In this document: in pieces, positions 17,038 through 26,080 of the stretch
Layout: each line of letters begins with the position of its first letter
Position numbering within the stretch: the first letter of the stretch is position 1
Source of the DNA: Thermoanaerobaculia bacterium
GTDB lineage: Bacteria; Acidobacteriota; Thermoanaerobaculia; Multivoradales; JAHEKO01
Length of the DNA stretch: 64,000 nucleotides
Direction of reading: 5' to 3'
Assembly (NCBI GenBank): GCA_049664225.1
Contig: JBATEX010000057.1
Span: 15,369 to 79,368, forward strand
Notes under the pieces: generated by a model
The model's database searches: none
What the model was told of the DNA's origin: nothing
What the model saw: the letters and a program-made list of their open reading frames with translations, nothing else
Made by a program: the position numbers and the translations under genes

Positions 17038-17337
17038 TCAGCCCAACCTATCGTGGTAGCCGCCCAAGGGCAGAAGAATCAAGGCCACGAAGAAGATCAC
17101 CGTCAGAATCAGCACTGCGTAAACGAGCCTCCGTTCCGAGATCAAATGCATGAAGAAGGCCGCCACAAGGGAGCCCTTGATCGAGGCAATGAACAGAGCC
17201 AGGCCCACCGCGGCACCGAAGCTCAAGTGCAGGTAGCTGACACCGACTGTGACAAGCGTCAGGACTGCGAGGGCTACGAAGACCAGGATGTAGACCCTGG
17301 TTTCCCTTCTAATTTCCTCGACACTGTGTCCACTCAT
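17038..17337 (-). CDS. cytochrome c oxidase subunit IV (prokaryotic COX4 family)
   Basis: 99 aa with 3 TM segments. VYILVFVALAVLTLVTV ... SLVAAFFMHL resembles the bacterial subunit IV family. Confidence 0.8.
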   Translation of the reverse strand: MSGHSVEEIRRETRVYILVFVALAVLTLVTVGVSYLHLSFGAAVGLALFIASIKGSLVAAFFMHLISERRLVYAVLILTVIFFVALILLPLGGYHDRLG

Positions 17338-17356
17338 CTACAACTCCTCCTACCCA

Positions 17357-17947
17357 CTACAGCAGGTAAAGGGTGGGGAAAAGAAAGATCCAGACCAGAT
17401 CCACGAAATGCCAGTACAGCCCGATCACCTCGACTCGATTGGTGTATCTCTCTGGCTCTGTCCTCCACATTTTGCTGCCGGGCCCGAGGAGATAGGCGAT
17501 GACGATCATTCCTCCCAGCACATGCAGTCCATGCAAGCCGGTCAGGGTGAAATAGGTGGCCATGAAGTTGTCGTGAGAAGGATACAAATGGTGCTCGAAC
17601 TTGGCGGCGTACTCCATGGTCTTGATGACCATGAAAACCAGCCCCAGAAGAAACGTCAGGCCCATCCATTTGCGGAACTTGCCGAAGTCGCCGAGGCGCA
17701 AGGCCGCCCATGACATGACCATCGAGACCGACGAGGTAATGAGCACCATGGTGTTGATCGTCGCCAACGGCACATTCAGCACTTCGTAACCGTGCGGCCA
17801 GGATGTGGCACCGGTCCGTAGGAGGATCAGGGCCGAGAACAGAGCCCCGAACAACATGACCTCGGAGGCCAGAAAGAGCCACACGCCCAGCTTGGCGTTG
17901 TAGAGGCCCGTATCGGCACGCGGCTCGACGGTGTAGGGGATCTGCAT
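17357..17947 (-). CDS. ctaE: cytochrome c oxidase subunit III
   Basis: 196 aa heme-copper oxidase subunit III. Ends [21 protein letters not shown]. Confidence 0.9.
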   Translation of the reverse strand: MQIPYTVEPRADTGLYNAKLGVWLFLASEVMLFGALFSALILLRTGATSWPHGYEVLNVPLATINTMVLITSSVSMVMSWAALRLGDFGKFRKWMGLTFLLGLVFMVIKTMEYAAKFEHHLYPSHDNFMATYFTLTGLHGLHVLGGMIVIAYLLGPGSKMWRTEPERYTNRVEVIGLYWHFVDLVWIFLFPTLYLL

Positions 17948-17965
17948 GATTCTCCTCTGTCCTCC

Positions 17966-19732
17966 TCAGGCCACTGCGTTTTGCGGCAGGAAGCTCTCGT
18001 CCGATTCGGGCGGGCTGTATTCGTAAGGACCACGGGTGACAACAGGCAGCTCGGGGAAATTGCCGTGCGCCACAGGCGGCGAAGGCGCTGCGACCCACTC
18101 CAGCGTCGTGGCGTCCCAGGGATTCGAACCGACCTTCACACCCCACTTGATACTCATGAAGAGGTTGATGATGAACGGGATCTGAGCGATGAGGAGGCCA
18201 AAGGCCGACATCGACATGAACGCATTCCAGTGCAGCACTCCCTGTGCGTGGGAGTACGTGGCCCCGCCGTCGTAGAGTCGTCTCGATACCCCGGCCAGGC
18301 CCTGGACGAACATCGGCATGAAGATCCCGTTCATAAAGATCAACGAAGGCCAGAAGTGGAGCTTGCCCAGAAGCTCACTCATTTTCCTACCAGTGATCTT
18401 GGGGAACCAGTAGTAGATCCCCGCAAAGATCGCGAAGATCGTGCCTGGCGCCACCACGTAGTGGAAATGCCCGATGACGTAGTAGGTGTCATGCAAATGG
18501 ATGTCGCTGGGAGCCAGACCCAGAGGCAGACCCGTAAGGCCACCGATACCGAACATCGGCAGAAAGGCCAACGCAAAGAGCATCGGGGTGTTGAATCGTA
18601 TGGAGCCGCCCCAGAGCGAGATCAGTAGAGCGGAGAGGATCACCACCGAAGGCACGGAGATGATCATCGTGGTGGTCTGAAAGAAGGAGCTGATAGCCGT
18701 CCCCATGCCGGTCAGGAACATGTGATGCGCCCAGACGATGAACGACATGAAGCCCAGGAAGACGGCGGAATAGACCATCGGCCTGTAGCCCCAAAGTGGC
18801 TTGCGAGTGTTGTTGGCGATGATCTCCGCGACGATTCCCATTGCCGGCAGGATCAACACGTAGACCTCTGGATGTGCCAGGAACCAGAATAGATGCTGCC
18901 ATAGCAGCGGGTTTCCACCCCCAGCGACCTCCAGGACCTCGCCACTGACCACCAGGCCGCTGGGCATGAAGAAACTGGTGCCGGCCACCCGATCCATGAG
19001 TTGGAGGATTCCCGCTGCCTCCAACGGCGGGAAGGCCAGCAGGAGCAAGAAAGAGGTGACCAGCTGTGACCAGACGAACATCGGCAGACGCATGAAGTCC
19101 AGCCCCTCAGCGCGCAGCTGGAAGATGGTGACGATGAAATTCACCGAGCCCAGAAGCGACGAGGTAATCAGGAAGACCATTCCCACCAGCCACCACGTTT
19201 GACCCGATGTGGCGATATTGGAAAGCGGCGGATAGGAGGTCCAGCCCGAATTGGCGGCTCCACCCGGGACGAAGAAGCTGGCCAACATGATGAGTCCGCC
19301 TGGCAGGTAGCACCAGTAGCTGGCCATGTTCAGCTTCGGAAACGCCATGTCGGGGGCGCCGATCTGCAACGGCACGAGGTAGTTGCCATAGGCACCGACG
19401 AGCAGGGGAACTACCGCCAGGAATACCATGATGGTGCCGTGCATTGCTCCCAACTGGTTGTAGAACTCCGGCAGCATGATGCCGCCAGGAGCATTGGCGC
19501 TGCCGAGAAGACCGCCGATGATGGGCACTGGCCGACCTGGAAAAGCCAACTGCCATCGCATGATCAACATCAGGCAGAAGCCGAACAGCAAGAAGCACAG
19601 AGCGGTGAAGGCGTACTGGAGCCCGATGACCTTGTGGTCTTGCGAGAAGATGTAGCGCTGCCAGAACGGCAGCTCGTGGTGCTCGGCTGCGTGGTCTTCC
19701 GCCCCGACAGCCTGCTCTTCGCTAGCACTCAT
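17966..19732 (-). CDS. ctaD: cytochrome c oxidase subunit I, A1-type
   Basis: 588 aa. QHLFWFLAHPEVYVLILPAMG retains the helix VI Glu (codon 18866-18868). Also IVWAHHMF and GHFHYV. Confidence 0.95.
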   Translation of the reverse strand: MSASEEQAVGAEDHAAEHHELPFWQRYIFSQDHKVIGLQYAFTALCFLLFGFCLMLIMRWQLAFPGRPVPIIGGLLGSANAPGGIMLPEFYNQLGAMHGTIMVFLAVVPLLVGAYGNYLVPLQIGAPDMAFPKLNMASYWCYLPGGLIMLASFFVPGGAANSGWTSYPPLSNIATSGQTWWLVGMVFLITSSLLGSVNFIVTIFQLRAEGLDFMRLPMFVWSQLVTSFLLLLAFPPLEAAGILQLMDRVAGTSFFMPSGLVVSGEVLEVAGGGNPLLWQHLFWFLAHPEVYVLILPAMGIVAEIIANNTRKPLWGYRPMVYSAVFLGFMSFIVWAHHMFLTGMGTAISSFFQTTTMIISVPSVVILSALLISLWGGSIRFNTPMLFALAFLPMFGIGGLTGLPLGLAPSDIHLHDTYYVIGHFHYVVAPGTIFAIFAGIYYWFPKITGRKMSELLGKLHFWPSLIFMNGIFMPMFVQGLAGVSRRLYDGGATYSHAQGVLHWNAFMSMSAFGLLIAQIPFIINLFMSIKWGVKVGSNPWDATTLEWVAAPSPPVAHGNFPELPVVTRGPYEYSPPESDESFLPQNAVA

Positions 19733-19912
19733 CAGCGACTCCTTGTCTTACAGACCGCGATGGACGATGCTACCCACCGACCTTCGGCTCTCAACCGCTA
19801 GGTCCTGCCCAACGGACTCGATCGAGTTTTGGTGGGCGGAGTGTATGACACTGGGTTCATCGCCTGCAAGCGCTACTCGCTGCCCCGGGCAGCGAGTAGC
19901 GAGGGTTAGAGC

Positions 19913-20055
19913 GGCCGGGCGTTCCTTCCGGCCGATCCTTGGGGCAGTTGGGGGTGAGGTGGCCGGGCGTTCCTTCCGGCCAGTCTTTGAGGGCTTGAGC
20001 TTGAAGCGTCCGGTCGTACCTCCCGGCCGACCCTTGAGGGCTTGGAGGTCGAGGC
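19913..20055. repeat. three tandem copies of a 47-48 bp REP-like hairpin element
   Basis: Copies at 19913-19960, 19961-20007 and 20008-20055. Each begins with GGCCGGGCGTTCCTTCCGGCC (identical in the first two; GTCCGGTCGTACCTCCCGGCC in the third), a GGCCGG-N9-CCGGCC hairpin. Each is followed by a CTTTGAGGGCTTG-like tail. Confidence 0.8.
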
Positions 20056-20119
20056 AGTGGGGCAGTGGGGCAATGAGGCAGTGAGGGCATAGGGCAATAG
20101 GGGCTTAAGGGCGTAGGGG
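20056..20119. repeat. array of eight degenerate octamers ending in G-runs
   Basis: AGTGGGGC AGTGGGGC AATGAGGC AGTGAGGG CATAGGGC AATAGGGG CTTAAGGG CGTAGGGG, read directly from the sequence. Most octamers end in a G3-G5 run on the plus strand. Confidence 0.8.
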
Positions 20120-20356
20120 GCGATTCCCAGCGTCACAGAGGTGCAAGGCCGCGTGCGAGGTCTCTCCAACGGGTGAGGTTTCGGCGTGGGGACCTCCTGG
20201 GGGTTGGTTGCTGTGGAAGGGAGGATAGCCCCCTGGGGGCCCCACGTCGGACCCGCCATCGCCTCGTGATCATTTGCAAAGGATCGACGCCGTCCGCCTG
20301 CGAACCACCCGGACGGACCTCAATAAGCTGATGACTATCTGCCTAGGACCTCAAGA

Positions 20357-20443
20357 CCCCAAGCCCTCAAAGGTCGGCCGGAGCAAGCGACGGACGATTC
20401 AACCCCCAAGCCCTCAAAGAACGGCCAGCACAAGTGCTGGCCG
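20357..20443. repeat. two inverted-orientation copies of the same REP-like element
   Basis: The reverse complement of 20357-20395 is GTCCGTCGCTTGCTCCGGCCGACCTTTGAGGGCTTGGGG. The reverse complement of 20403-20443 is CGGCCAGCACTTGTGCTGGCCGTTCTTTGAGGGCTTGGGGG. Both align to the 19913-20055 units. Confidence 0.75.
20422..20443 (-). terminator. candidate intrinsic terminator of the alpha/beta hydrolase gene
   Basis: CGGCCAGCAC/GTGCTGGCCG forms a 9-10 bp stem 40 nt downstream of the stop at 20483. On the minus strand it is followed by TTCTTTG. It is also part of a REP-like copy. Confidence 0.4.
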
Positions 20444-20482
20444 CCTCAACCCCAGGGCCTGGGACGGGCGGGCGGGCAGGGG

Positions 20483-21184
20483 CTAGTCCATCAGGGCATC
20501 GACGATTAGTTGCGTCAGGGCGTCAGCCTGGTCCGTGCCAAAGACGTGCTGGGCGTGGGCACCGCCTTCGAGGATCTCGAGGCGTTTGGGCTCCGGTGCC
20601 TGCTCGAACTGTTGCTTGACCCGTGGCAGGAGTCGCTCTTCGCGGCTCACCACGAACAGAAACGAGTTCGCCTTCATCCGATCGGGATCGGTGATCGGCG
20701 CCGCGGCCAGGAGAATCAGCTTGTAGAAGGTACCGTCAGGTACTTCCACGCTGGCTCTAGCGACGGCGCCACCACCCATGCTGGCACCGAGCGCCGAGAC
20801 CCTTCGGGCGCCGCGGTGGCGGAGAAAACCCGCCGCCGCCGCCACGTCCAGCCAGAGTGACCCCTCTTCTCCACCCGGAGTCGAATTACCGTATCCCCGA
20901 AAGTCCAGGGCCAGGACCTGGAGCCCCTGGCCACTCAAGTGACTCGCCAGCGGCCGCCAGCTCTCCTTGTCGAACACCTTGCCATGCGCGAGCACCACAG
21001 CGTGTTCGCCCTCGCCGTACAGGTCAGCCTGAATCTCCCCTCCGTCCCTGGTGGAGAAGGAGACTGTCTTCGGCGACTCGGCCGCCCGGCAGGCCCCAGG
21101 TGCCATCGCTGCAGCCAACCCGACTACCGAGCCGAGGCTCAGGGCCGAGAGAAGCGCTCGCCGATGTCCTGCCAATCTCGGCAT
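20483..21184 (-). CDS. secreted alpha/beta hydrolase (dienelactone hydrolase-like)
   Basis: Signal peptide ALLSALSLGSVVGLAAAMA, HG motif VVLAHGKVF and nucleophile elbow GASMGGG. Confidence 0.75.
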   Translation of the reverse strand: MPRLAGHRRALLSALSLGSVVGLAAAMAPGACRAAESPKTVSFSTRDGGEIQADLYGEGEHAVVLAHGKVFDKESWRPLASHLSGQGLQVLALDFRGYGNSTPGGEEGSLWLDVAAAAGFLRHRGARRVSALGASMGGGAVARASVEVPDGTFYKLILLAAAPITDPDRMKANSFLFVVSREERLLPRVKQQFEQAPEPKRLEILEGGAHAQHVFGTDQADALTQLIVDALMD

Positions 21185-21762
21185 CTAAATATCCGCCCTT
21201 TCAACTCGTCTTCGGGTCTCGGTGAGCTTCGATTCCAGGGTCGATCGAGAAGGGCCACTGGCGCGTCCAGCACGCTAGCGAGACGCCGAGCCACCTCGGC
21301 AGAATCCTCGACGACCAGGCTGAAGGAACGGCGGGAGAGCTCCTCCATGCTGATCGCCTGTGAGCCGCTGAACAGATCTTCCGACCAGGAGTACTTATCG
21401 AGAAACGTCAGGGAATGGTGGGGCACCCCTCGTTCGGTCAGCCACTGGCGAGAAACCGCCTCGGTCCCTGGTGGTCGACCCGTCACCACCGCCACCTCGT
21501 AGCCGCGATCCACCCAGGCTGCCAGGGCTTCGACCGCCCCCTTCATGGGTTGGATCTCAGCCAGTACCTCAGGGCGGTGCACGGACTTCATGAAATCGTC
21601 CAGGCTCTCAGGCGTCAGTCCCAGCGAGACTCCCAGATCGAAAGACTCGATCTCTTCCAGATCGACTCTTCTGCCGTACTCCTGCTCGAAGACCTTGGCG
21701 AACATCCGGGCTGTCTGGCCGAGACAATCGTCGATATCGACATAGATACAGCCAGCAGTCAT
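21139..21762 (-). CDS. HAD-superfamily hydrolase, 5'(3')-deoxyribonucleotidase-like
   Basis: N-terminal DxD motif IYVDIDDCLGQT. Size and layout fit the NT5C-like HAD subfamily. Confidence 0.6.
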   Translation of the reverse strand: MTAGCIYVDIDDCLGQTARMFAKVFEQEYGRRVDLEEIESFDLGVSLGLTPESLDDFMKSVHRPEVLAEIQPMKGAVEALAAWVDRGYEVAVVTGRPPGTEAVSRQWLTERGVPHHSLTFLDKYSWSEDLFSGSQAISMEELSRRSFSLVVEDSAEVARRLASVLDAPVALLDRPWNRSSPRPEDELKGRIFRCRDWQDIGERFSRP

Positions 21763-21813
21763 CGAGGCTCTTCTCCTCGAGAGTTCCTCATCTCGACCAG
21801 CCCATCAACAACT

Positions 21814-22380
21814 TCAACAGGCCAGCTCCGAGTACCGAAAGCAGCTCACTACGTGATCGTTCACCATTCCAGCAGCCTGCATATAGGCGTAGGAGATGGT
21901 ACTACCCACGAAGTTGAAGCCCCGCTTCTTGAGATCGTTGCTCATGGCATCGGACTGTGGTGTGCTGGCGGGGATCTGATCCATCCTCTCCCAGCGGTTG
22001 ACCCGTGTTTTACCGCCCACGAACTGCCAGATGTACACATCGAAACCGCCGAACTCTTCCTGGACGTCCAGGAAGGCGCGGGCATTCCGGATTGCCGAGT
22101 TGATCTTGAGCTTGTTCCGGATGATGCCGGGGTCGGCCAGCAGCTCTGCGACCTTCTCTGCACCATAGGTAGCCACGATCTCTGGTCGAAATCCGTCAAA
22201 TACCTCCCTGTAGCGTGCTCTTTTCTTCAGGACCGTGGACCAGGAGAGCCCCGCTTGGGCACCGTCCAGGACGAGGAACTCGAAGTGCTTCCTGTCGTCA
22301 TGCACCGGCACACCCCACTCATGGTCGTGGTACTCGATCATCAGCGGATCGCTTGCGGACCAATCACATCGTTTCACCAT
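21814..22380 (-). CDS. tag: DNA-3-methyladenine glycosylase I
   Basis: RCDWSASDPLMIEYHDHEWGVPVHDDRKHFEFLVLDGAQAGLSWSTVLKKR is the classic Tag N-terminus. Confidence 0.9.
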   Translation of the reverse strand: MVKRCDWSASDPLMIEYHDHEWGVPVHDDRKHFEFLVLDGAQAGLSWSTVLKKRARYREVFDGFRPEIVATYGAEKVAELLADPGIIRNKLKINSAIRNARAFLDVQEEFGGFDVYIWQFVGGKTRVNRWERMDQIPASTPQSDAMSNDLKKRGFNFVGSTISYAYMQAAGMVNDHVVSCFRYSELAC

Positions 22381-22420
22381 ACTCTCGTCCTCACGCTTGA
22401 GTCGGGAAGATGAGCACCCA

Positions 22421-23593
22421 TCATGGCGCCAGGGCCTGTTCGAAATCGGCGATCAACTCGTCGGCGTCCTCGATTCCCACCGAGACCCGTACCAGGTCGT
22501 CGCTAATTCCCAGCCTGTCTCGCTCATCCTGCTCCAGGCCCAGGTGCGAGCTGCGCGCCGGCCGGACGACCAGGGACTCGACACCTCCCAGGCTCGCAGC
22601 ATGAATCGGCAGGGTCAGCCGCTCCAGGAATCGCTCGGCCGACCCGGCATCCCCGAGGTAGATCGAGAGCATCCCACCGAAACCCGAAAAGAGCCGGTCG
22701 GCGTGGCGATGGCTTGGACTGGAGGTAAGACCAGGGTAATTGACCTGCCGAACCGAAGGTTGCCCTTCGAGAAACCGGGCCAGTCTCGCAGCCGTTTCGT
22801 TCTGCCTCCGAACCCGTAGAGCGAGAGTCTTGAGACCCCGCTCCAGGAGAAAGCAGGTGTTCGGGTCGAGCGAGCCACCCAGATGAAGCAACAGCTGGCG
22901 CACCCGATCCACCGAAGCGGTCGAGCCGATCACCGCCCCAGCGACCAGATCACTGTGCCCGTTCAAGTACTTCGTCGCACTGTGAACCACCAGATCGAAT
23001 CCCAGCTCGAAGGGCCGGAAATTGACCGGCGTGGCGAAGGTGTTGTCGATCACCGAAACCAGGTCGTGGCGCCGAGCGAAGTCCGCCACGGCTAGGAGAT
23101 CACCGACCTCCATCAGGGGGTTGGAGATAGCCTCCACAAAGATCAACCTGGTCTGCGGAGTGAGGGCGCTCTCCCAGGTGCGTGCGCCGTCGGGTGCGGC
23201 GATATCAATCGGGGTGTGGGAGATACCGAGCCTGGTCGCATCTTGATGGAGAAAGCTCTGGGTCCCGCCATAGAGCGTGCGTTGCGTCAGCAGATGCTCT
23301 CCTGACTGCACATGGGACAGGATCGCCGTCGAAATGGCCGCCATGCCGCTAGCCGTCACCAGCGCAGCTTCGGCCGACTCGACAGCCGCCAGCCGGGCCT
23401 GCACGGTATGGTGGTTCGGCGAGTTGCTCAAACGGATGTAGCGCACCGCATCATAGGTGGTCTCATCACCCATCTGGTAGTTCGCCGATTGAAAGATCGG
23501 GGTCACCACGGCACCCTCGACATGCGGCCGGGGGCGACCCGCGTGTACCAGGTTGGTGTCGAGTGTCTTGAACTTCACTGAGTACTCCGGCAT
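22421..23593 (-). CDS. Cys/Met-metabolism PLP-dependent enzyme (cystathionine gamma-synthase/lyase or methionine gamma-lyase family)
   Basis: SATKYLNGHSDLVAG carries the PLP lysine; SIGGVESL-like C-terminus. I prefer the ATG at 23593 (MPEYSVKF) over the ORF track start at 23650. Confidence 0.8.
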   Translation of the reverse strand: MPEYSVKFKTLDTNLVHAGRPRPHVEGAVVTPIFQSANYQMGDETTYDAVRYIRLSNSPNHHTVQARLAAVESAEAALVTASGMAAISTAILSHVQSGEHLLTQRTLYGGTQSFLHQDATRLGISHTPIDIAAPDGARTWESALTPQTRLIFVEAISNPLMEVGDLLAVADFARRHDLVSVIDNTFATPVNFRPFELGFDLVVHSATKYLNGHSDLVAGAVIGSTASVDRVRQLLLHLGGSLDPNTCFLLERGLKTLALRVRRQNETAARLARFLEGQPSVRQVNYPGLTSSPSHRHADRLFSGFGGMLSIYLGDAGSAERFLERLTLPIHAASLGGVESLVVRPARSSHLGLEQDERDRLGISDDLVRVSVGIEDADELIADFEQALAP

Positions 23594-23736
23594 GAGCTCG
23601 TCCCTTTCTGGACTAAATCGGTCGATCCGCACACGCAATGAGGAAGGCACAGGCTACCACCTCCCTCGGGCTTTCCAGACGCGTGCTAGCATCTCGCGGC
23701 TCGGATTCGTCAGTCCATACCAGATCCCTCTGCGAG

Positions 23737-26049
23737 ATGTCACAGACCATGATTCAGAGAGCCATCCGGCGAACGTATATCGCCTTCTACTTCGCTTGCC
23801 TTCCTTTGGCGCTGACAGGTTGTAGCGACCGACCACCGAAATCGGACAGGGTCTGGCTGGACCTGGCGGGAGAGGTCTGGCACCAAAGCGGAAACGTCAC
23901 CACCGACTTGATCTCTGCGCCGCGGAAGGTGGGCCTCGACAACCTCGGCTATGGTTGGATACAAGTGCATCCTGACAATCCCGCCCGGGCAACGCTGGAG
24001 ATGAATCAGCAAATAGCGCGCTTGTTCCTCTTCTCGGCCGATGGTGACGCGGAGGCGCTCGAAATCGAGATTTCGGCTGTCGGTAAGGGACCACTCAAGC
24101 AAGTCCCACTGACGCTGTTGCTGAATGGCGAGCCCTTGACCGGGCTGCCCCTGACCAGAAAGTGGAGGCGACATCGAGTCGAGATACCCAGCGACATCGT
24201 CCGCCAGGGGCGAAACCTCGTGGAGTTCCGATTTCCACAACCAACGAAGTCACCGCGATGGCCCCGCAGGCTTAGACCCCGCGTCCGAAGTCTCGAAGTC
24301 TTCACAGCCAACGGTCGCAGGCTGTGGTCAGAGCGACCCGCCAGCATCTCCCTGGTCAGCGATCCAGGTTCCTCACCGGATCGCAGCGAAATTCGGATGC
24401 CTTCGCCGGGCTGGCTGGAGGTGGTAACGGATCTGCCCGAGCGAGCCCGCCTCAGGGCGAGCTTTCGGGTTCAGCGTCCGCCAGGGGCAGGCAATGAGCC
24501 TGTTCTCGTCTATGGCAGGCTTCTGGACCAGCGTCTCGAAGAGCATCATCTCGCCCAAGAACGGGTCACCGATTCAGACAAAAACCATGACTTCGATGTC
24601 GATCTCAGGGCCTGGCAGGGTCAGTCGGTACGCCTTAGACTCGGTGTCGGCGGCTCAGGCAACGCCGTCGTCTCCTGGCATTGGGCCGTCGTAGAAGGGC
24701 CCGCCGGGACGGATCGCAGGGACGACATCGAACCGATCCGCCGAGTCCAGGCGCCTGCTTCGGGCCGGCTCGGACGCCCGGATATCCTGGTCATTCTTCT
24801 CGACGCGGCTCGCGCTGATGCCTTTTCTCCCTTCGGTGGTGCCCGTCCCACCCCTGCCATCGAACAGCTTGCCGCGGACGGCACTATTTTCGAGTCGGCA
24901 CTGGCCTCTTCGTCCTGGACCGGTCAGTCGGTATCTTCGATCTTCACCGGCTTTTTTCCCGACACTCTGGGCGTTGGCCCCTGGGGGAGTCACTTGCCCT
25001 CAGGGATCGAGACTCTGGCCGAGCTGCTGACTCGCGTCGGCTACCGAACCGTGCTCTGGACCCAGCATCCCTTCTACAAGCAGCAGGCAGACCTGAAGCG
25101 GGGTTTTCAGGAGATTTATCGACCAGCGTTTCAGGACTACACGACTCTGCCGTCGTCGAGCCAGCTGATGACCGATCAGGAGCCTACATTTGCCTTCGTG
25201 CATCTGATGCCCCCTCACGCTCCCTACACTCCTCCTGCTCCATACCGGGGTAGCTACGGCTCCTGGTACACCGGCCCGGTCGAGCCAAAGGCGACCTTCC
25301 TCAACCGTCTTTCGAATCGCCGCGACCTAGGAGGGCTCACAGACGACGACCGACGCTATGTTCGGGACCGTTACGACGAGAACGTCGCCTTCGCCGACTC
25401 GCAGGTGGGTACCCTGCTCTCGATGCTCGACTCCGCCGGGCGCTACGACTCCACCCTGGTCATACTGCTGTCGGATCATGGCGAAGCCTTCCTGGAGCAC
25501 GGCCGTTATCTTCACACCCGCACACTCCACCGCGAGATGCTCCACGTTCCCCTGGTCGTGAAGTGGCCTGTCACCATCGCCGACTTTCAGGCCAAGGTTG
25601 CGGAGTCCGTCAGCCTGGTCGACCTTGTTCCGACCCTGGTCGACGGTCTTGCCATCCCTGAGAGTCAGGGGGGATTCCAGGGCCGAAGCATGCTGCCTGT
25701 CGTATTCGACTCGACGAGTCACCAAGAGCCACTGTGGGCGACAACGCGTGGCGTCGCCAGCTACCAACAGCCACCCCGGCCTCAGCATATGCTCCAGGCA
25801 GGTCCATGGAAGCTCCTCTTCGATCCTCTCACCGAGGACAGTCAGCTCTATCAGATCGAGCGTGACCCGGCTGAGACACAGGATCTCGCGGGCGAGCTGC
25901 CGCTGCGCACCCTGTTGCTGCGCCAGGCACTGCAACGTCAGGTGGTCTCCAACCGCGATCTGCTCAAGGAAGCTTCCGTTCCTGGCCCGATCGAGGCACT
26001 GGATACCGAGCTCCAGGACCAACTGGAGGCCCTGGGCTATGTCAACTAA
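23737..26049 (+). CDS. lipoprotein with C-terminal sulfatase-like (alkaline phosphatase superfamily) domain
   Basis: The ATG at 23737 gives MSQTMIQRAIRRTYIAFYFACLPLALTGCS with a lipobox. The C-terminal half has ILVILLDAARAD, SSSWTGQSVSSIFTG and LLSDHGEAF. The first roughly 350 aa are not recognisable. Confidence 0.7.
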   Translation: MSQTMIQRAIRRTYIAFYFACLPLALTGCSDRPPKSDRVWLDLAGEVWHQSGNVTTDLISAPRKVGLDNLGYGWIQVHPDNPARATLEMNQQIARLFLFSADGDAEALEIEISAVGKGPLKQVPLTLLLNGEPLTGLPLTRKWRRHRVEIPSDIVRQGRNLVEFRFPQPTKSPRWPRRLRPRVRSLEVFTANGRRLWSERPASISLVSDPGSSPDRSEIRMPSPGWLEVVTDLPERARLRASFRVQRPPGAGNEPVLVYGRLLDQRLEEHHLAQERVTDSDKNHDFDVDLRAWQGQSVRLRLGVGGSGNAVVSWHWAVVEGPAGTDRRDDIEPIRRVQAPASGRLGRPDILVILLDAARADAFSPFGGARPTPAIEQLAADGTIFESALASSSWTGQSVSSIFTGFFPDTLGVGPWGSHLPSGIETLAELLTRVGYRTVLWTQHPFYKQQADLKRGFQEIYRPAFQDYTTLPSSSQLMTDQEPTFAFVHLMPPHAPYTPPAPYRGSYGSWYTGPVEPKATFLNRLSNRRDLGGLTDDDRRYVRDRYDENVAFADSQVGTLLSMLDSAGRYDSTLVILLSDHGEAFLEHGRYLHTRTLHREMLHVPLVVKWPVTIADFQAKVAESVSLVDLVPTLVDGLAIPESQGGFQGRSMLPVVFDSTSHQEPLWATTRGVASYQQPPRPQHMLQAGPWKLLFDPLTEDSQLYQIERDPAETQDLAGELPLRTLLLRQALQRQVVSNRDLLKEASVPGPIEALDTELQDQLEALGYVN

Positions 26050-26080
26050 AGCCCTGGTGGGGTGACTAGCGGCTGGGGCG

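Noticed and set aside
19816-19827. 12-bp palindrome ACTCGATCGAGT upstream of ctaD, sharing the CTCGATCGAG core with the terminator palindrome at 53840-53863
   Set aside because: A short GATC-centred palindrome is likely to recur by chance in 64 kb of high-GC DNA, and I have no supporting context for a shared function.
19913-20443. Possible CRISPR array
   Set aside because: The repeat units are directly adjacent or separated by non-unit sequence, without regular unique spacers. They occur in both orientations and are imperfect, and no cas genes are in the window. The pattern fits REP/BIME-like elements better.
19743-20486. ORFs of 70-117 aa inside the large intergenic gap (19743..20084, 19857..20090, 19906..20259, 20274..20486)
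   Set aside because: Their translations are P/R/G-rich repeats generated by the DNA repeats, they overlap each other in several frames, and they show no start context or motifs.
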